Positions 41,093 through 50,971 of a stretch of 64,000 nt of DNA are shown one piece after another. The stretch covers positions 10,264,497-10,328,496 of the forward strand of contig OZ245740.1 in NCBI GenBank assembly GCA_965227305.1, written 5' to 3'. A program made the position numbers and the translations under genes. Source of the stretch: Limisphaerales bacterium. GTDB lineage: Bacteria > Verrucomicrobiota > Verrucomicrobiia > Limisphaerales > AAA164-E04. Every line of letters begins with the position of its first letter. The first letter of the stretch is position 1. The notes below the pieces were generated by a model. The model searched no databases, was not told the origin of the DNA, and saw only the letters and a program-made list of their open reading frames with translations.

Positions 41093-43222
41093 ATGAATTC
41101 AAAACCACTGACTGCAGCCGAAATCTCTGAGTTAACGGCTGGACTTCACCGCGTCGCTCGAAACCTCTGGTGGACTTGGCACCAGGACGCACAAGACTTG
41201 TTCCAAGACCTTTCTCCGCGCGGATGGCGCAATCTCTATCACAATGCCGTGGCCATCCTACACGAGGTTTCGGACTACGAACTCCGAATGCGGCTGTATG
41301 AGCCGGAGTTTGCCGAGCGGGTGCGGTCGGTGATTGCCGACTTTGATGCTTACCTGAATGCCTCGGATACCTGGGGCAATGAGCACATGGCTCACCTGAA
41401 GGAACGGCCGGTGGCGTACTTTTCGGCCGAGTTTGGTTTTCATGAGACCTTGCCCATTGCCGCCGGTGGTTTGGGCATGTTGGCGGGGGATCACGCCAAA
41501 TCTGCCAGTGATCTTGGCCTCGGGTTTGTCGGAATTAGCCTGTTTTACCGCGAGGGCTACTTCATGCAGACCATCAACCAGGACAACTGGCAGACGGAGT
41601 ACTACACCTTGCTCCAACCCAAGAATTTGCCCATTGAACCGGTGCTGGATGCGAAAGGCGAGCCGATCATCGGGTCGGTGCGAATCGCGACGAGTCAGGT
41701 GTATTACCAAGCCTGGCGGGTGAACGTCGGTCGAATTCCGGTCTACTTGCTCGATACGAATCTGCCGCAGAATGAAGACCATTTCCGCGACCTGACGCTC
41801 CGCGTGTATGGCGGTGATACCTCGACTCGAATCATGCAAGAGATCGTCCTCGGGGTCGGCGGGGTGCGCTTGTTGCGACAACTGGGGATTACGCCTTCCA
41901 CCTTCCACATGAACGAAGGGCATGCGGCGTTTCTGGGCCTGGAACTGATGCGAGAGAAGATGGCTTCCGGACGGGATTGGGAAACCGCCCAGGCGGAGAC
42001 CAAGTCGGAGTGTATCTTTACGACTCACACGCCGGTAGAAGCGGGCCACGACCGCTTCAACAGCGAGCTCATGTCCTTTGTGGGGCACAAGTTTTCGAAG
42101 AACCTCAACTTGGATCATGAGGCGTTGATGGACCTGGGCCGCGTGAGCCCGGGCGATCCGGCGGATCCATTCTGTATGACCGTGTTGGCGTTGCGCTTCT
42201 CGCGGGCGGCCAATGGGGTGAGTGAGCTCCACGGACAAGTGAGTCGAGAGATGTGGCAATGTCTGTATCCGGACAAGAAAGTGGAGGAGGTTCCCATTGG
42301 ACATGTTACCAACGGGGTGCATCTCCTGGGCTGGATGAAAGGACCGCTCCGTTCGTTCTGGAAAAACCGGTTGGGAAGGGGCTGGGACGAGAACGTCAAC
42401 GAACAGTCTTATTGGGATCGGATGCTGGATCCGGAGTTTATCTCCGACGAAGAACTATGGGCCCTGCGTTACCGTTTGCGTCGCGAGCTGCTGGAATTCA
42501 CTCGGCGCCGATTGCTGCTTCAGGGGCATAGTCTCACGGCCGGTGACTACATCGCCTTCGATCACCTATTGAATCCGGATGCGCTCACAATTGGGTTTGC
42601 GCGTCGTTTTGCCACCTACAAACGAGCCCCGTTGGTCTTTAAGGAATTCGAAAAGATCGTGAAGCTGGTCAAAGACCAGGAACGGCCCATTCAGTTTATC
42701 TTCGCGGGTAAAGCGCATCCGCGCGATGACGAGGGCAAGAAGTTCATTCAACATATCATCCATCTCAGCAAGTTTAGTGAGCTACACGGACATTTGGTGT
42801 TCATTGAGAACTACGATGTTCACGTTGCCCGGCAGATGGTGTCGGGCTGTGATGTTTGGCTAAACAATCCGCGGCGTCCCTTGGAGGCTTCGGGTACGAG
42901 TGGGCAGAAAACCTCACCGCACGGGTGCTTGAACATGAGTATCCTGGATGGTTGGTGGCGTGAGGGCTACGACGGAACCAACGGGTTCGCGATTGGTGAG
43001 GACTCCCATCCGGATTCGATCGAGGAGCAGGATCGGGTGGACAGCGAAAACTTGTATAACGTTCTGACGGATGAGGTGATTCCTTGTTTCTTCAACCGGG
43101 ATGAAAACGGTATTCCGCGGCAGTGGATCCAGAAAATCCGCCGTGCCATGGCGACTCTCTCGCCGGAGTACAGCACCTGGCGGATGGTGAAAGACTACGC
43201 GAACAAGTATTACAAGCTGTAG
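41093..43222 (+). CDS. glgP: Alpha-glucan phosphorylase
   Basis: YFSAEFG, GGLGMLAGD, HMNEGH, FARRFATYKR, EASGTSGQK (PLP lysine). Confidence 0.95.
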   Translation: MNSKPLTAAEISELTAGLHRVARNLWWTWHQDAQDLFQDLSPRGWRNLYHNAVAILHEVSDYELRMRLYEPEFAERVRSVIADFDAYLNASDTWGNEHMAHLKERPVAYFSAEFGFHETLPIAAGGLGMLAGDHAKSASDLGLGFVGISLFYREGYFMQTINQDNWQTEYYTLLQPKNLPIEPVLDAKGEPIIGSVRIATSQVYYQAWRVNVGRIPVYLLDTNLPQNEDHFRDLTLRVYGGDTSTRIMQEIVLGVGGVRLLRQLGITPSTFHMNEGHAAFLGLELMREKMASGRDWETAQAETKSECIFTTHTPVEAGHDRFNSELMSFVGHKFSKNLNLDHEALMDLGRVSPGDPADPFCMTVLALRFSRAANGVSELHGQVSREMWQCLYPDKKVEEVPIGHVTNGVHLLGWMKGPLRSFWKNRLGRGWDENVNEQSYWDRMLDPEFISDEELWALRYRLRRELLEFTRRRLLLQGHSLTAGDYIAFDHLLNPDALTIGFARRFATYKRAPLVFKEFEKIVKLVKDQERPIQFIFAGKAHPRDDEGKKFIQHIIHLSKFSELHGHLVFIENYDVHVARQMVSGCDVWLNNPRRPLEASGTSGQKTSPHGCLNMSILDGWWREGYDGTNGFAIGEDSHPDSIEEQDRVDSENLYNVLTDEVIPCFFNRDENGIPRQWIQKIRRAMATLSPEYSTWRMVKDYANKYYKL

Positions 43223-43280
43223 TCGGTGATCACCGGATCGCGGCGCGTTCCGGTGGCTCCGAAACACGAACCCAGCGATC

Positions 43281-44390
43281 ATGTCTGACGACATTCGATC
43301 TTGGCATCGGGATGCGCTTCTGGATTGGCTTGAGAAGCGCAGCTTTCCCAATTATCGAGGCGACCAAGTGTTGCAGTGGCTCTATGCCCGGCGGGTGACG
43401 TCCTGGGATCAGATGACCAACGTCCCGCGGTCGCTGCGTCAGGCCCTGGCCGAGGAGTTTACGCTTGAGTTGCCGACGCGGGTGCGGGAACAAGGGGCCT
43501 TTGATACGACCAAGAAGTTTCTGTGGCGTCTGGCGGATGGTGCTCTGATCGAGAGTGTGCTGATCCCGGCAAACCGAGCGGAGTCCGGAGGTCAGAGCAA
43601 TCGGCAAACTCTGTGTGTCTCCAGTCAGGTGGGCTGTGCCTACGGATGTGTTTTTTGCGCGAGCGGCTTGGATGGTTGGAAGCGACACCTGACCCCGGCT
43701 GAGATCGTGGGGCAGGTGATTGCGGCTGAGCAGGAGTGCGTGGCCGTTCACGGTGAGGAGGCCGAGGGGAGTGGCGGGCGCTACGTCAACAACTTGGTGT
43801 TCATGGGGATGGGCGAACCGTTGGCCAATCTCGACAATTTGTTGCGTGCCTTGTCGATTCTGAACGCCGATTGGGGTGCCGGCATCGGGGCGCGGCGGAT
43901 GACGATTTCGACCAGCGGATTGGTTCCCCAGATACGTCGTTTGGCGGAGGAATCCGCCCAATTTCGTTTGGCCATCTCACTGCACGGAGCTACGGACGCT
44001 GTGCGGAGCCAGATCATGCCGATCAACAAGCGCTATCCGGTGGCCGAATTGGCGGATGCTTGCGAGTTCTTCGCCCAACGTCGTGGGAAGATGATTACTT
44101 TCGAGTACATCCTCATCGAGGGGGTTAATGATGGACTGGATCAAATCGAGCCACTGGCGGATTTAGCCCGCCGGGTCCGAGCCAAGGTGAATTTGATTCC
44201 CTATAACCGGGTGGACGGTTTGGAGTGGCGTCGGCCGACTGAGCCCGTGCAGGAGGCCTTTTGTGACGCGTTAACTGAACTCGGAGTGCGGGTCACGCTC
44301 AGGAGGGAGAAGGGGCACGATATCGACGCAGCCTGCGGGCAGCTTCGACTCAAGACCGAACGATCTGAGGCGACGACGCCCACCCATTGA
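43281..44390 (+). CDS. rlmN: 23S rRNA m2A2503/tRNA radical SAM methyltransferase
   Basis: CVSSQVGCAYGCVFC, FMGMGEP, DIDAACGQL. Confidence 0.95.
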   Translation: MSDDIRSWHRDALLDWLEKRSFPNYRGDQVLQWLYARRVTSWDQMTNVPRSLRQALAEEFTLELPTRVREQGAFDTTKKFLWRLADGALIESVLIPANRAESGGQSNRQTLCVSSQVGCAYGCVFCASGLDGWKRHLTPAEIVGQVIAAEQECVAVHGEEAEGSGGRYVNNLVFMGMGEPLANLDNLLRALSILNADWGAGIGARRMTISTSGLVPQIRRLAEESAQFRLAISLHGATDAVRSQIMPINKRYPVAELADACEFFAQRRGKMITFEYILIEGVNDGLDQIEPLADLARRVRAKVNLIPYNRVDGLEWRRPTEPVQEAFCDALTELGVRVTLRREKGHDIDAACGQLRLKTERSEATTPTH

Positions 44391-44424
44391 TGGCGTTTCC
44401 AGCGGGATTGGCTTCCCAATGCCG

Positions 44425-44671
44425 GGGTGTGATTCAGTGTGCGGGGCATCGGATCGGAAGGATGCGGTCGGTTTCCGATTGAAGCAGTAGAAAGAAAGAG
44501 TCCACCAAAGGGAAAGCGGGAGCCCTGCTCCCGCACTCCAAAAGAGAGGGCTGAATTGTCCATTTTGCAGTTTTCATTTTAGTTTTTTTATTCTCCTCGT
44601 CGTAGACCGCCTCCTACTGCGTGAGTATCTGCTTTGCTACAACCGATCTCCCCGCATTTTTGATCGCACCC
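44425..44671. mobile_element. MITE-like element (long type)
   Basis: GGGTGTGATTCA...TGATCGCACCC; flanks CCAATGCCG / GCTATGCCG (7 of 9 identical). Confidence 0.8.
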
Positions 44672-44755
44672 GCTATGCCGATCCCGGCGGGAAAACCCTT
44701 TCGTGGGAAGCGGTGCCTTGTTATGAAGGACTGACACCGATTGTTTGAAGAACTC

Positions 44756-45457
44756 ATGTTGCCTGCGAAACTTCGCCAGTATTTTGAAACCTCGCCCCTT
44801 GCGGTGCGGGTGGTACCGTTTGTGGTTTTCCTGTTGCTGACGGGGCTGCAGGGGAAGGTGTTTCCGGAATCGATTTACTGGTTCTACCTCCTCAAAACGG
44901 TCGTTGGCGCCTGGATGATTTGGGCCTTGTGGCCCCTGATTAAGGAATGGAAGTGGTCGCTAAGTTGGGAGGCGGTCGTGGTGGGTGTGGGTATCTTTGT
45001 CCTGTGGGTCGGTTTGGAAGGCCGGTATCCGGGGCTGGGGGAATTGTTGGGGAGTGGCTCCGAATCACCGGAAAGTCCGCCTTGGAATCCGCATTTGGCG
45101 TTTGGCCAGGGTTCGCTCTTGGCTTGGTTCTTCATTCTCGTCCGGACCCTAGGTTCTTCCTTGGTGGTTCCACCTTTGGAAGAAGTGGTGTTTCGTTCGA
45201 CGGTCTATCGCTACGTCGTTGATCCGGATTTTGAAAAAGTCCCCTTCCAACGCTTCCACTGGGGCGCGCTGTTGTTGACTTCGCTCATCTTTGCCTTGGA
45301 GCACAATCAATGGCTGTCCGGTTTCATTTGTGGCTTGGCCTACCAATGGTTGGTGATTCGCAAGGGGCGTTTGGGCGATGCCATTACGGCGCATGCCATT
45401 ACAAACTTTCTGTTGGCGCTCTGGGTCGTGAACCGGGGCGCTTGGCAATTCTGGTAA
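44756..45457 (+). CDS. CAAX prenyl protease-related (CPBP) intramembrane protease
   Basis: VPPLEEVVFR, FALEH, AHAITN; multi-TM. Confidence 0.85.
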   Translation: MLPAKLRQYFETSPLAVRVVPFVVFLLLTGLQGKVFPESIYWFYLLKTVVGAWMIWALWPLIKEWKWSLSWEAVVVGVGIFVLWVGLEGRYPGLGELLGSGSESPESPPWNPHLAFGQGSLLAWFFILVRTLGSSLVVPPLEEVVFRSTVYRYVVDPDFEKVPFQRFHWGALLLTSLIFALEHNQWLSGFICGLAYQWLVIRKGRLGDAITAHAITNFLLALWVVNRGAWQFW

Positions 45458-45489
45458 GCCGACGGTTCCGCCGGCGGCGTTGCTGACCC

Positions 45490-46761
45490 GTGATCATCTT
45501 TGAATCGAGCCAAGGGGTGATCGCCGTGAAGCCGGCGCGGGTGCCCGAGAAGGACTTGGGCCTCTACGGGAGCGAAGGGTTCCTAACGTGGTTGCGGCGC
45601 CACGGAGGGGGGAGCGATCCGAAGGTGCCTTGCCATTCTTTTGGGCTCGGTGCGAACTGCGGCTATCTCCTCGATCGCACGGATTCGGGTAATGCCGCGT
45701 TAGAAGGTTTGCATTGTCGCCGATTGGATGATGGCGCCTGGGAGATATCCCACCCGTGGATGAGCGCACCGGTTCGTTGGGAGACGTCGCCGTTTCAGGA
45801 TGGGGCGAATGCGTTGGCGACAAACGCACGGATCGTGGATCCCGCAGAACCTTGGGTAGGATCGGATTGGACTTTGTATCAGCTTGGGGCGGATGGCTTG
45901 CTCCAGTCGGCCAAGCGGCCGGATGAGCGGACGGTGTCAGCGCTAGCGACTTGGTTTCGCGAGCTTGGCGGTGAGGGGACGCTCTTTTGGAAGTGCCATG
46001 ATCGGCATTTGCAAGGAAAGGGAAAGTCCCACTTATCTCCCGTTTGGCTTGCAGGGCCTGAGGATCGGAAACAAGGGGAGATCTTAGAGTGGGGGACTCG
46101 GTATCATTTGGATTTCACGGAGGGGTATTCCGTGGGGCTTTTCTTGGATCAGCGCGAGAATCGCTGGCGGATCCTAGAAAACCAAATCGCCGCGGGTTTT
46201 GAAGTCTTCCCGGACTCGGGACCAGAACCGCCCCGGGTCCTGAATACGTTTGCCTATACCTGTGGATTCTCGGTATGTGCGGCTCGGGCGGGGGCCTCGG
46301 TCGTTAGCGTGGATCTGTCCAAGAAATACCTGGAGTGGGGGAAACGGAACTTTCTGCTCAATGGGTTGGATCCGGATCAACATGAATTTCTCTATGGCGA
46401 TGTGTTTGGCTGGGTGAAGCGATTTGTCCGACGCGAACAGCGATTTGACCTGGTGATCCTAGATCCGCCGACGTTTTCGCGGTCCAAAGAATGGGGCGTG
46501 TTTAAGGTGTCGCGAGACTTGGCTGGGTTAGTGGAGCGGGTTGTACCTTTGCTTCGGGACGGAGGGCGCCTTCTGGTATCGTGCAATCCTGCTTATTGGC
46601 ATCCGGAGGCGTTCACGCATGCTGTGGAAACCGCGGTGGGGCGGGCCGGGCGCCGAGTGGGCCGACGGGCCTATTCAACGCAACCCTGGGACTTTGGTCT
46701 GGTGTCCGGTGGTGAGGCCTACCTGAAGGTTTGGTGGTTGGAGGTGTTGGATCGGGTCTGA
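45490..46761 (+). CDS. RlmI/RlmK-like SAM methyltransferase with a degenerate N-terminal region
   Basis: GYSVGLFLDQRENR, LNTFAYTCGFS, VDLSKKYLEW, ILDPPTFS, YLK. Confidence 0.82.
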   Translation: MIIFESSQGVIAVKPARVPEKDLGLYGSEGFLTWLRRHGGGSDPKVPCHSFGLGANCGYLLDRTDSGNAALEGLHCRRLDDGAWEISHPWMSAPVRWETSPFQDGANALATNARIVDPAEPWVGSDWTLYQLGADGLLQSAKRPDERTVSALATWFRELGGEGTLFWKCHDRHLQGKGKSHLSPVWLAGPEDRKQGEILEWGTRYHLDFTEGYSVGLFLDQRENRWRILENQIAAGFEVFPDSGPEPPRVLNTFAYTCGFSVCAARAGASVVSVDLSKKYLEWGKRNFLLNGLDPDQHEFLYGDVFGWVKRFVRREQRFDLVILDPPTFSRSKEWGVFKVSRDLAGLVERVVPLLRDGGRLLVSCNPAYWHPEAFTHAVETAVGRAGRRVGRRAYSTQPWDFGLVSGGEAYLKVWWLEVLDRV

Positions 46762-46890
46762 AGGCTGGATCGGGTCTGAGGCCGGGTGAATTGCTGTGCT
46801 CTCAGAAGCACACTTGTCAGGTTGTTCCCGCCCGTCTATGTTCCAGTCGACGATTCATAACGACTAAGTTACGAATTAGAAATCGCATAT

Positions 46891-47751
46891 ATGAATAAGC
46901 CGACGAAGAACCAATCATGGCGATTGCCGCGACTGGGGGCGTTTACGCTCATCGAGTTGCTGGTGGTGATTGCCATTATCGCTATCCTGGCGGGGATGCT
47001 CCTGCCGGCCTTAGGAAAGGCCAAATCTAAAGCGCATGGCATCATGGCCCTCAACAACAAACAGTTGGGTTTGGCTTGGATCATGTATGCCGACGACAAT
47101 GATGACCGCTTGATCGGGAATCTGGACGGTAATGACGTGCAGACCCTTGCCAATAGCAACCGAACTTGGGTTCTCGGTTGGTTGAACACCCAAACTGGCA
47201 GTCCGAACAACGCAAATACCAATGAAGCGTTGATCCGGCTTTCGCCGATGGCTCCTTACTTTGGCTATTCCACCAAGATCATGAAAGATCCGGCGGACAA
47301 GTCGAGCTCGAATGGCGTTCCGCGAGTGAGGAGTATGTCAATGAACGGCTACCTTGGCCCCCGCAGGGCACCTTTCACCGGCGGCTACATTCAATACCGT
47401 AAGACGGCCGAGTTGAATCGCCCGGGCCCATCTCGTTTGTGGGTGTTCATCACCGAGCGTGAAGACAGTATCAACGACGGTTGGTTCGCTGTGGATATGG
47501 GCAGCTTCGATCCCGTGCGTGCTTCTGCGCACCGTATTGTGGATTACCCGGCTAGCTACCACAATGGTGCAGGTGCTCTGGCCTTTGCCGACGGCCATGC
47601 GGAAGTGAAGCGCTGGGTCGATCCCCGCACGACGCCGGCGTTGAAGCGGAATGGTTCTATTCCGTTGAATGTATTGTCGCCGAACAACCGCGACGTCGAC
47701 TGGTTGCAACTGGGGGCTAGCCGCAAGGTGTCCCGTTCGACCCGCGAATAG
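46891..47751 (+). CDS. Prepilin-type N-terminal cleavage/methylation domain protein with H-X9-DG motif (DUF1559-like)
   Basis: [26 protein letters not shown]; [13 protein letters not shown]. Confidence 0.92.
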   Translation: MNKPTKNQSWRLPRLGAFTLIELLVVIAIIAILAGMLLPALGKAKSKAHGIMALNNKQLGLAWIMYADDNDDRLIGNLDGNDVQTLANSNRTWVLGWLNTQTGSPNNANTNEALIRLSPMAPYFGYSTKIMKDPADKSSSNGVPRVRSMSMNGYLGPRRAPFTGGYIQYRKTAELNRPGPSRLWVFITEREDSINDGWFAVDMGSFDPVRASAHRIVDYPASYHNGAGALAFADGHAEVKRWVDPRTTPALKRNGSIPLNVLSPNNRDVDWLQLGASRKVSRSTRE

Positions 47752-47770
47752 GTTAGTGACGATATTAGTG

Positions 47771-47805
47771 GGTAGCCCGCGGATTTCCGCGGGCTACCTT
47801 TTTTT
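47771..47805 (+). terminator. Rho-independent terminator
   Basis: GGTAGCCCGCGG-ATTT-CCGCGGGCTACC followed by T7. Confidence 0.88.
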
Positions 47806-47870
47806 CTCGCCTGTTGATCTGCTCTGCGGCGAGAATCTGTGAAATCAATGAAATCCGACTGATACAAACG

Positions 47871-48293
47871 ATGTACTCAAGTATTCGATTTTTCCTAACG
47901 GCTCTGTTTAGCCTCGCGTTGCTGCTTTCCCTTCCTGGGTGTGCGAAGGACGAGAGCGGCATCGATCCCAATGTGGATGTCGCCGCCTTGACCGCTCAGC
48001 TGGATAGTGGTGATGATCAAGTAGTGGTCGATGCCCTGGCCAACCTCTGGCAGGCCGAAGCACGGCTCAAGCCGGCGCTCCCCAAGCTAATCGAGCTGCT
48101 GAAGCACGACAACCCCGAGATCCGGCAACTGGCGTCTTACAACATCTATGTGTTGGGTGAAGAAGCCAAGGCTGCCATCGAGCCGATCAAAGAGTTGGTA
48201 AAGACCGAGCGGGATACGAATGCTCGTTTGCAGCACGTGAACACGTGGAATTCCATTGACCCGGAAAACGCCACTCCCGTGGGGCAAAACTAG
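47871..48293 (+). CDS. HEAT-repeat lipoprotein (paralog 1)
   Basis: LSLPG-C lipobox; PALPKLIELLKHDNPEIRQLA. Confidence 0.8.
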   Translation: MYSSIRFFLTALFSLALLLSLPGCAKDESGIDPNVDVAALTAQLDSGDDQVVVDALANLWQAEARLKPALPKLIELLKHDNPEIRQLASYNIYVLGEEAKAAIEPIKELVKTERDTNARLQHVNTWNSIDPENATPVGQN

Positions 48294-48321
48294 ACGGTTC
48301 TAGGACCACGGTAACCATTCC

Positions 48322-48364
48322 AAGCCGCTCATCGGGTTTGCCCGTTGAGCGGCTTTGTTCTTTT
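48322..48364 (+). terminator. Probable rho-independent terminator
   Basis: AAGCCGCTCATCGGG-TTTG-CCCGTTGAGCGGCTT followed by TGTTCTTTT. Confidence 0.65.
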
Positions 48365-48405
48365 GGGTTTTCGAAAACCCACTCAGGACGGCTCTCGGGT
48401 AACGC

Positions 48406-48539
48406 GGGTGTTATTGGCAAGGGGTGCTATTGATAAGATCGATTACGTCGGAAGAAGGCGGGAGCAAGCTCCCGCACTCCATGGAGTGCGCCGGCTTGCC
48501 GGCGCCATTGGCCGATAGCACCCTTTTCTAATCACACCC
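48406..48539. mobile_element. MITE-like element (short type) with a perfect 9-bp target duplication
   Basis: About 26-bp imperfect TIRs GGGTGTTATTGGCAAGGGGTGCTATT...GATAGCACCCTTTTCTAATCACACCC, flanked by GGGTAACGC on both sides. Confidence 0.82.
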
Positions 48540-48609
48540 GGGTAACGCCGCTCGGGTGCTTTGGCCTTGTTTGCCTGTCGGATTAGTGTTTCATTGACGG
48601 CGGCTCGTT

Positions 48610-49038
48610 ATGAAGAAATTTCAACTCCTCATCGCCCTCATGGGGGCTCTCTTGGCTGTTGGCTGTGGTGACAAGCTCCCGGAAGCGGTCGCGGCGGACA
48701 TTGATGTGCAGGCGCTTCTGACCCAGTTGAAAGACTCGGATCGCGCTCAACGCGTCGATGCCTGCGTCAAGCTTAGCGAGGGCTTGCAGAACGCCGCACC
48801 GGCTTTGGACGCGCTGATCGAGGTGGTTCGATCAGACAAAGATGCCCAAGTGCGAGAGATGGCAGCCTATGCGATTTATCAAATGGGCGAAGAGATTGCC
48901 AAGCCGGCGATGGTCGTGGTGAAAGAACGCTTTGAGAAAGAACGTGCGCCGGGCGTGCGGTCCATGTTCATCAATCTCTGGAACATGTTGGAACCAGAGA
49001 CGAGCCCCGTGAAGGGCAACGCCGGCCCCCAGCCCTGA
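48610..49038 (+). CDS. HEAT-repeat lipoprotein (paralog 2)
   Basis: LAVG-C lipobox; colinear with 47871..48293. Confidence 0.82.
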   Translation: MKKFQLLIALMGALLAVGCGDKLPEAVAADIDVQALLTQLKDSDRAQRVDACVKLSEGLQNAAPALDALIEVVRSDKDAQVREMAAYAIYQMGEEIAKPAMVVVKERFEKERAPGVRSMFINLWNMLEPETSPVKGNAGPQP

Positions 49039-49057
49039 GCGTGGGTCTGTTGGCCGC

Positions 49058-49933
49058 TCAGCGGCCTTCGAGACGATCCTTGATGGTCAGATGGTGGTCT
49101 AGCTTAAGCAGCGACTTGAGGTCGTCGAAGCTGGCCATTTGAGTGTTCAAACCGTCGAGAGAACCTTGCCCTGCCCAGGTGCTGAAGAGATCTTGCAGCG
49201 CTCGGGCGCATACCATGAGGGATTCAATCGGTAGCACGGCAAATTTGAAGCCCATGGTGCCGAGTTCGTTGACGGTATGAATGGGTGTTTTGCCTCCGGT
49301 TAACATGTTGGCCAGTTGCGGGTAGGGCACCCGCTGGGGCAGGCACGCCAATTCTTCACTCGATTCCGGGGCTTCGATAAAGGCCGCATCCGCGCCAGCT
49401 TCGCAATACGCGTTCATCCGGTCGATGGCGTCGTCTAAGCCGTGGACCTGTCGCGCATCCGTTCGGGCAATCACCACAAAACTCGGATCAGCTTTGGCTG
49501 CGACGGCGGCCCGAATCTTCAAGACCATCTCGTCGCGCGGAATGACGGCTTTTTCGGCAAAGTGACCGCACCGCTTGGGCGCGAGTTGATCCTCCAGTAG
49601 CAATCCCGCTGCGCCCGCCTGTTCGAATTGCCGGACCGTAAATTGCACATTGTGCAAATCCCCATGGCCGGTATCACCGTCCGCAATAATGGGCACGGAG
49701 ACCGCCGCGGTTGTGCGGCGAATCGCGTCGGCCATATCGGTGGCACTCAGAAAATTTAGATCGGGCAAGCCGTGTAGCGAGGCGGTGGTCCCGAAACCGC
49801 CGATGAACAGCATTTCCAAGCCCGCCCGCTCGGCAATGAGCGCCGAAAAGACGTCGTGGATAGCCACGCTTGGCAGGATGCCAGGGCGAGCCATTAGGCT
49901 GCGTAGGTGGCCGGGAGATCCGTCTTTGGGCAT
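49058..49933 (-). CDS. Isocitrate lyase/PEP mutase family enzyme (PrpB-like)
   Basis: IADGDTGHG, EDQLAPKRCGH, IARTDA, FIEAP. Confidence 0.88.
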   Translation of the reverse strand: MPKDGSPGHLRSLMARPGILPSVAIHDVFSALIAERAGLEMLFIGGFGTTASLHGLPDLNFLSATDMADAIRRTTAAVSVPIIADGDTGHGDLHNVQFTVRQFEQAGAAGLLLEDQLAPKRCGHFAEKAVIPRDEMVLKIRAAVAAKADPSFVVIARTDARQVHGLDDAIDRMNAYCEAGADAAFIEAPESSEELACLPQRVPYPQLANMLTGGKTPIHTVNELGTMGFKFAVLPIESLMVCARALQDLFSTWAGQGSLDGLNTQMASFDDLKSLLKLDHHLTIKDRLEGR

Positions 49934-49960
49934 GACAATAGGAGCCAAACTCGCAAAGGC

Positions 49961-50944
49961 CTACCAACGGAGCGCGCCCGGCGTTCGCGTGCGGATGGTC
50001 CACAGGGTCCCACCAGCGGTGATGTAAAGATCTCTACGGTCCTCACCTCCGAAAGCGCAATTGGTGACTTCGTCATTCGGGATTGGAACGAACTGGACGA
50101 ACTCGCCCGTTGGGGAGAAGACATAGATCCCTCCGACGTAGGGCGAGGCCGTCTCGGCGGGGAGGCGCGCTTCTGAGCGTCCGCCAGCGACGTAAAGATA
50201 CCCGTCCTGATCGGCTGCCATCCCATCGGGACCGCGACTGCTCTGCCAGTCGAAGATTAGCTTTTGAGACGCGACGTCTACCGTGCCATCGGCGAGGAGA
50301 TCGAAACGATAAAGCTTTCGAGCGCCGCCCACTTCGTTGTTGTTGTTGTCGGCTACGAAGAGAAACCGATCATCGGCTGTGACGAAGACGCCGTTGGGCC
50401 GGTCGACTTCGTGGGTGATGACACGAGTCACCGATCCATCCGGATCAATCCGGTAAACCCCTTCGACGAGACGACCGTCGTCGTCTCGGATCTGCATGCC
50501 TTCCCGGCTCCCGTATCGGGGATCAGAGAAATAGATCCGGCCTTGGGTATCGACGGTGATGTCATTGGGTTGGTTGTAAGCTTGGCCCTCGTACTGATCG
50601 GTCAGGACCGTGAGCGAACCGTCCGCTTCGATTCGGCTGACACGTCGGCGCACGGGCTGACAGACGAGCAGCCGCTCTTGCCCATCGATTAAGAGGCCGT
50701 TGGAACCGGCGTCCTCAAGATGGACGGTTGTCTCGCCCTCGCCCAGGTAGCGAGTGATGTCGCCATGGCCGCTGAAGAGGAGGCCGAGTTCCGGATGCCA
50801 GACCGGGCCTTCGCCCGCGTGTTCCGTGAGGAGCTGGGTAGGGGGACTGCTGAAGCGAGATTTGCGCGGTAGGCTGTCCGGCAACTGACAGCCGATTCCT
50901 CCCAAGATGAGGAGAGCTGAGAGGCAGAGGTGCTTGAGTTGCAT
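49961..50944 (-). CDS. SMP-30/gluconolactonase family lipoprotein
   Basis: GEGPVW, GSNGL, NQPND, RPNG, GPDGM, TNCAFGG. Confidence 0.9.
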   Translation of the reverse strand: MQLKHLCLSALLILGGIGCQLPDSLPRKSRFSSPPTQLLTEHAGEGPVWHPELGLLFSGHGDITRYLGEGETTVHLEDAGSNGLLIDGQERLLVCQPVRRRVSRIEADGSLTVLTDQYEGQAYNQPNDITVDTQGRIYFSDPRYGSREGMQIRDDDGRLVEGVYRIDPDGSVTRVITHEVDRPNGVFVTADDRFLFVADNNNNEVGGARKLYRFDLLADGTVDVASQKLIFDWQSSRGPDGMAADQDGYLYVAGGRSEARLPAETASPYVGGIYVFSPTGEFVQFVPIPNDEVTNCAFGGEDRRDLYITAGGTLWTIRTRTPGALRW

Positions 50945-50971
50945 GGTGGTGTGTCGGAGTGAGAGCTGCTG

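Noticed and set aside
44756-45457. PEP-CTERM/exosortase system suggested by the CAAX protease-related gene
   Set aside because: No exosortase or PEP-CTERM-tailed protein is present in this window.
46749-46780. Direct repeat TGGATCGGGTCTGA at the 3' end of the methyltransferase (possible att site)
   Set aside because: The copies are only 4 bp apart with no integrase or cargo; this looks like a local duplication.
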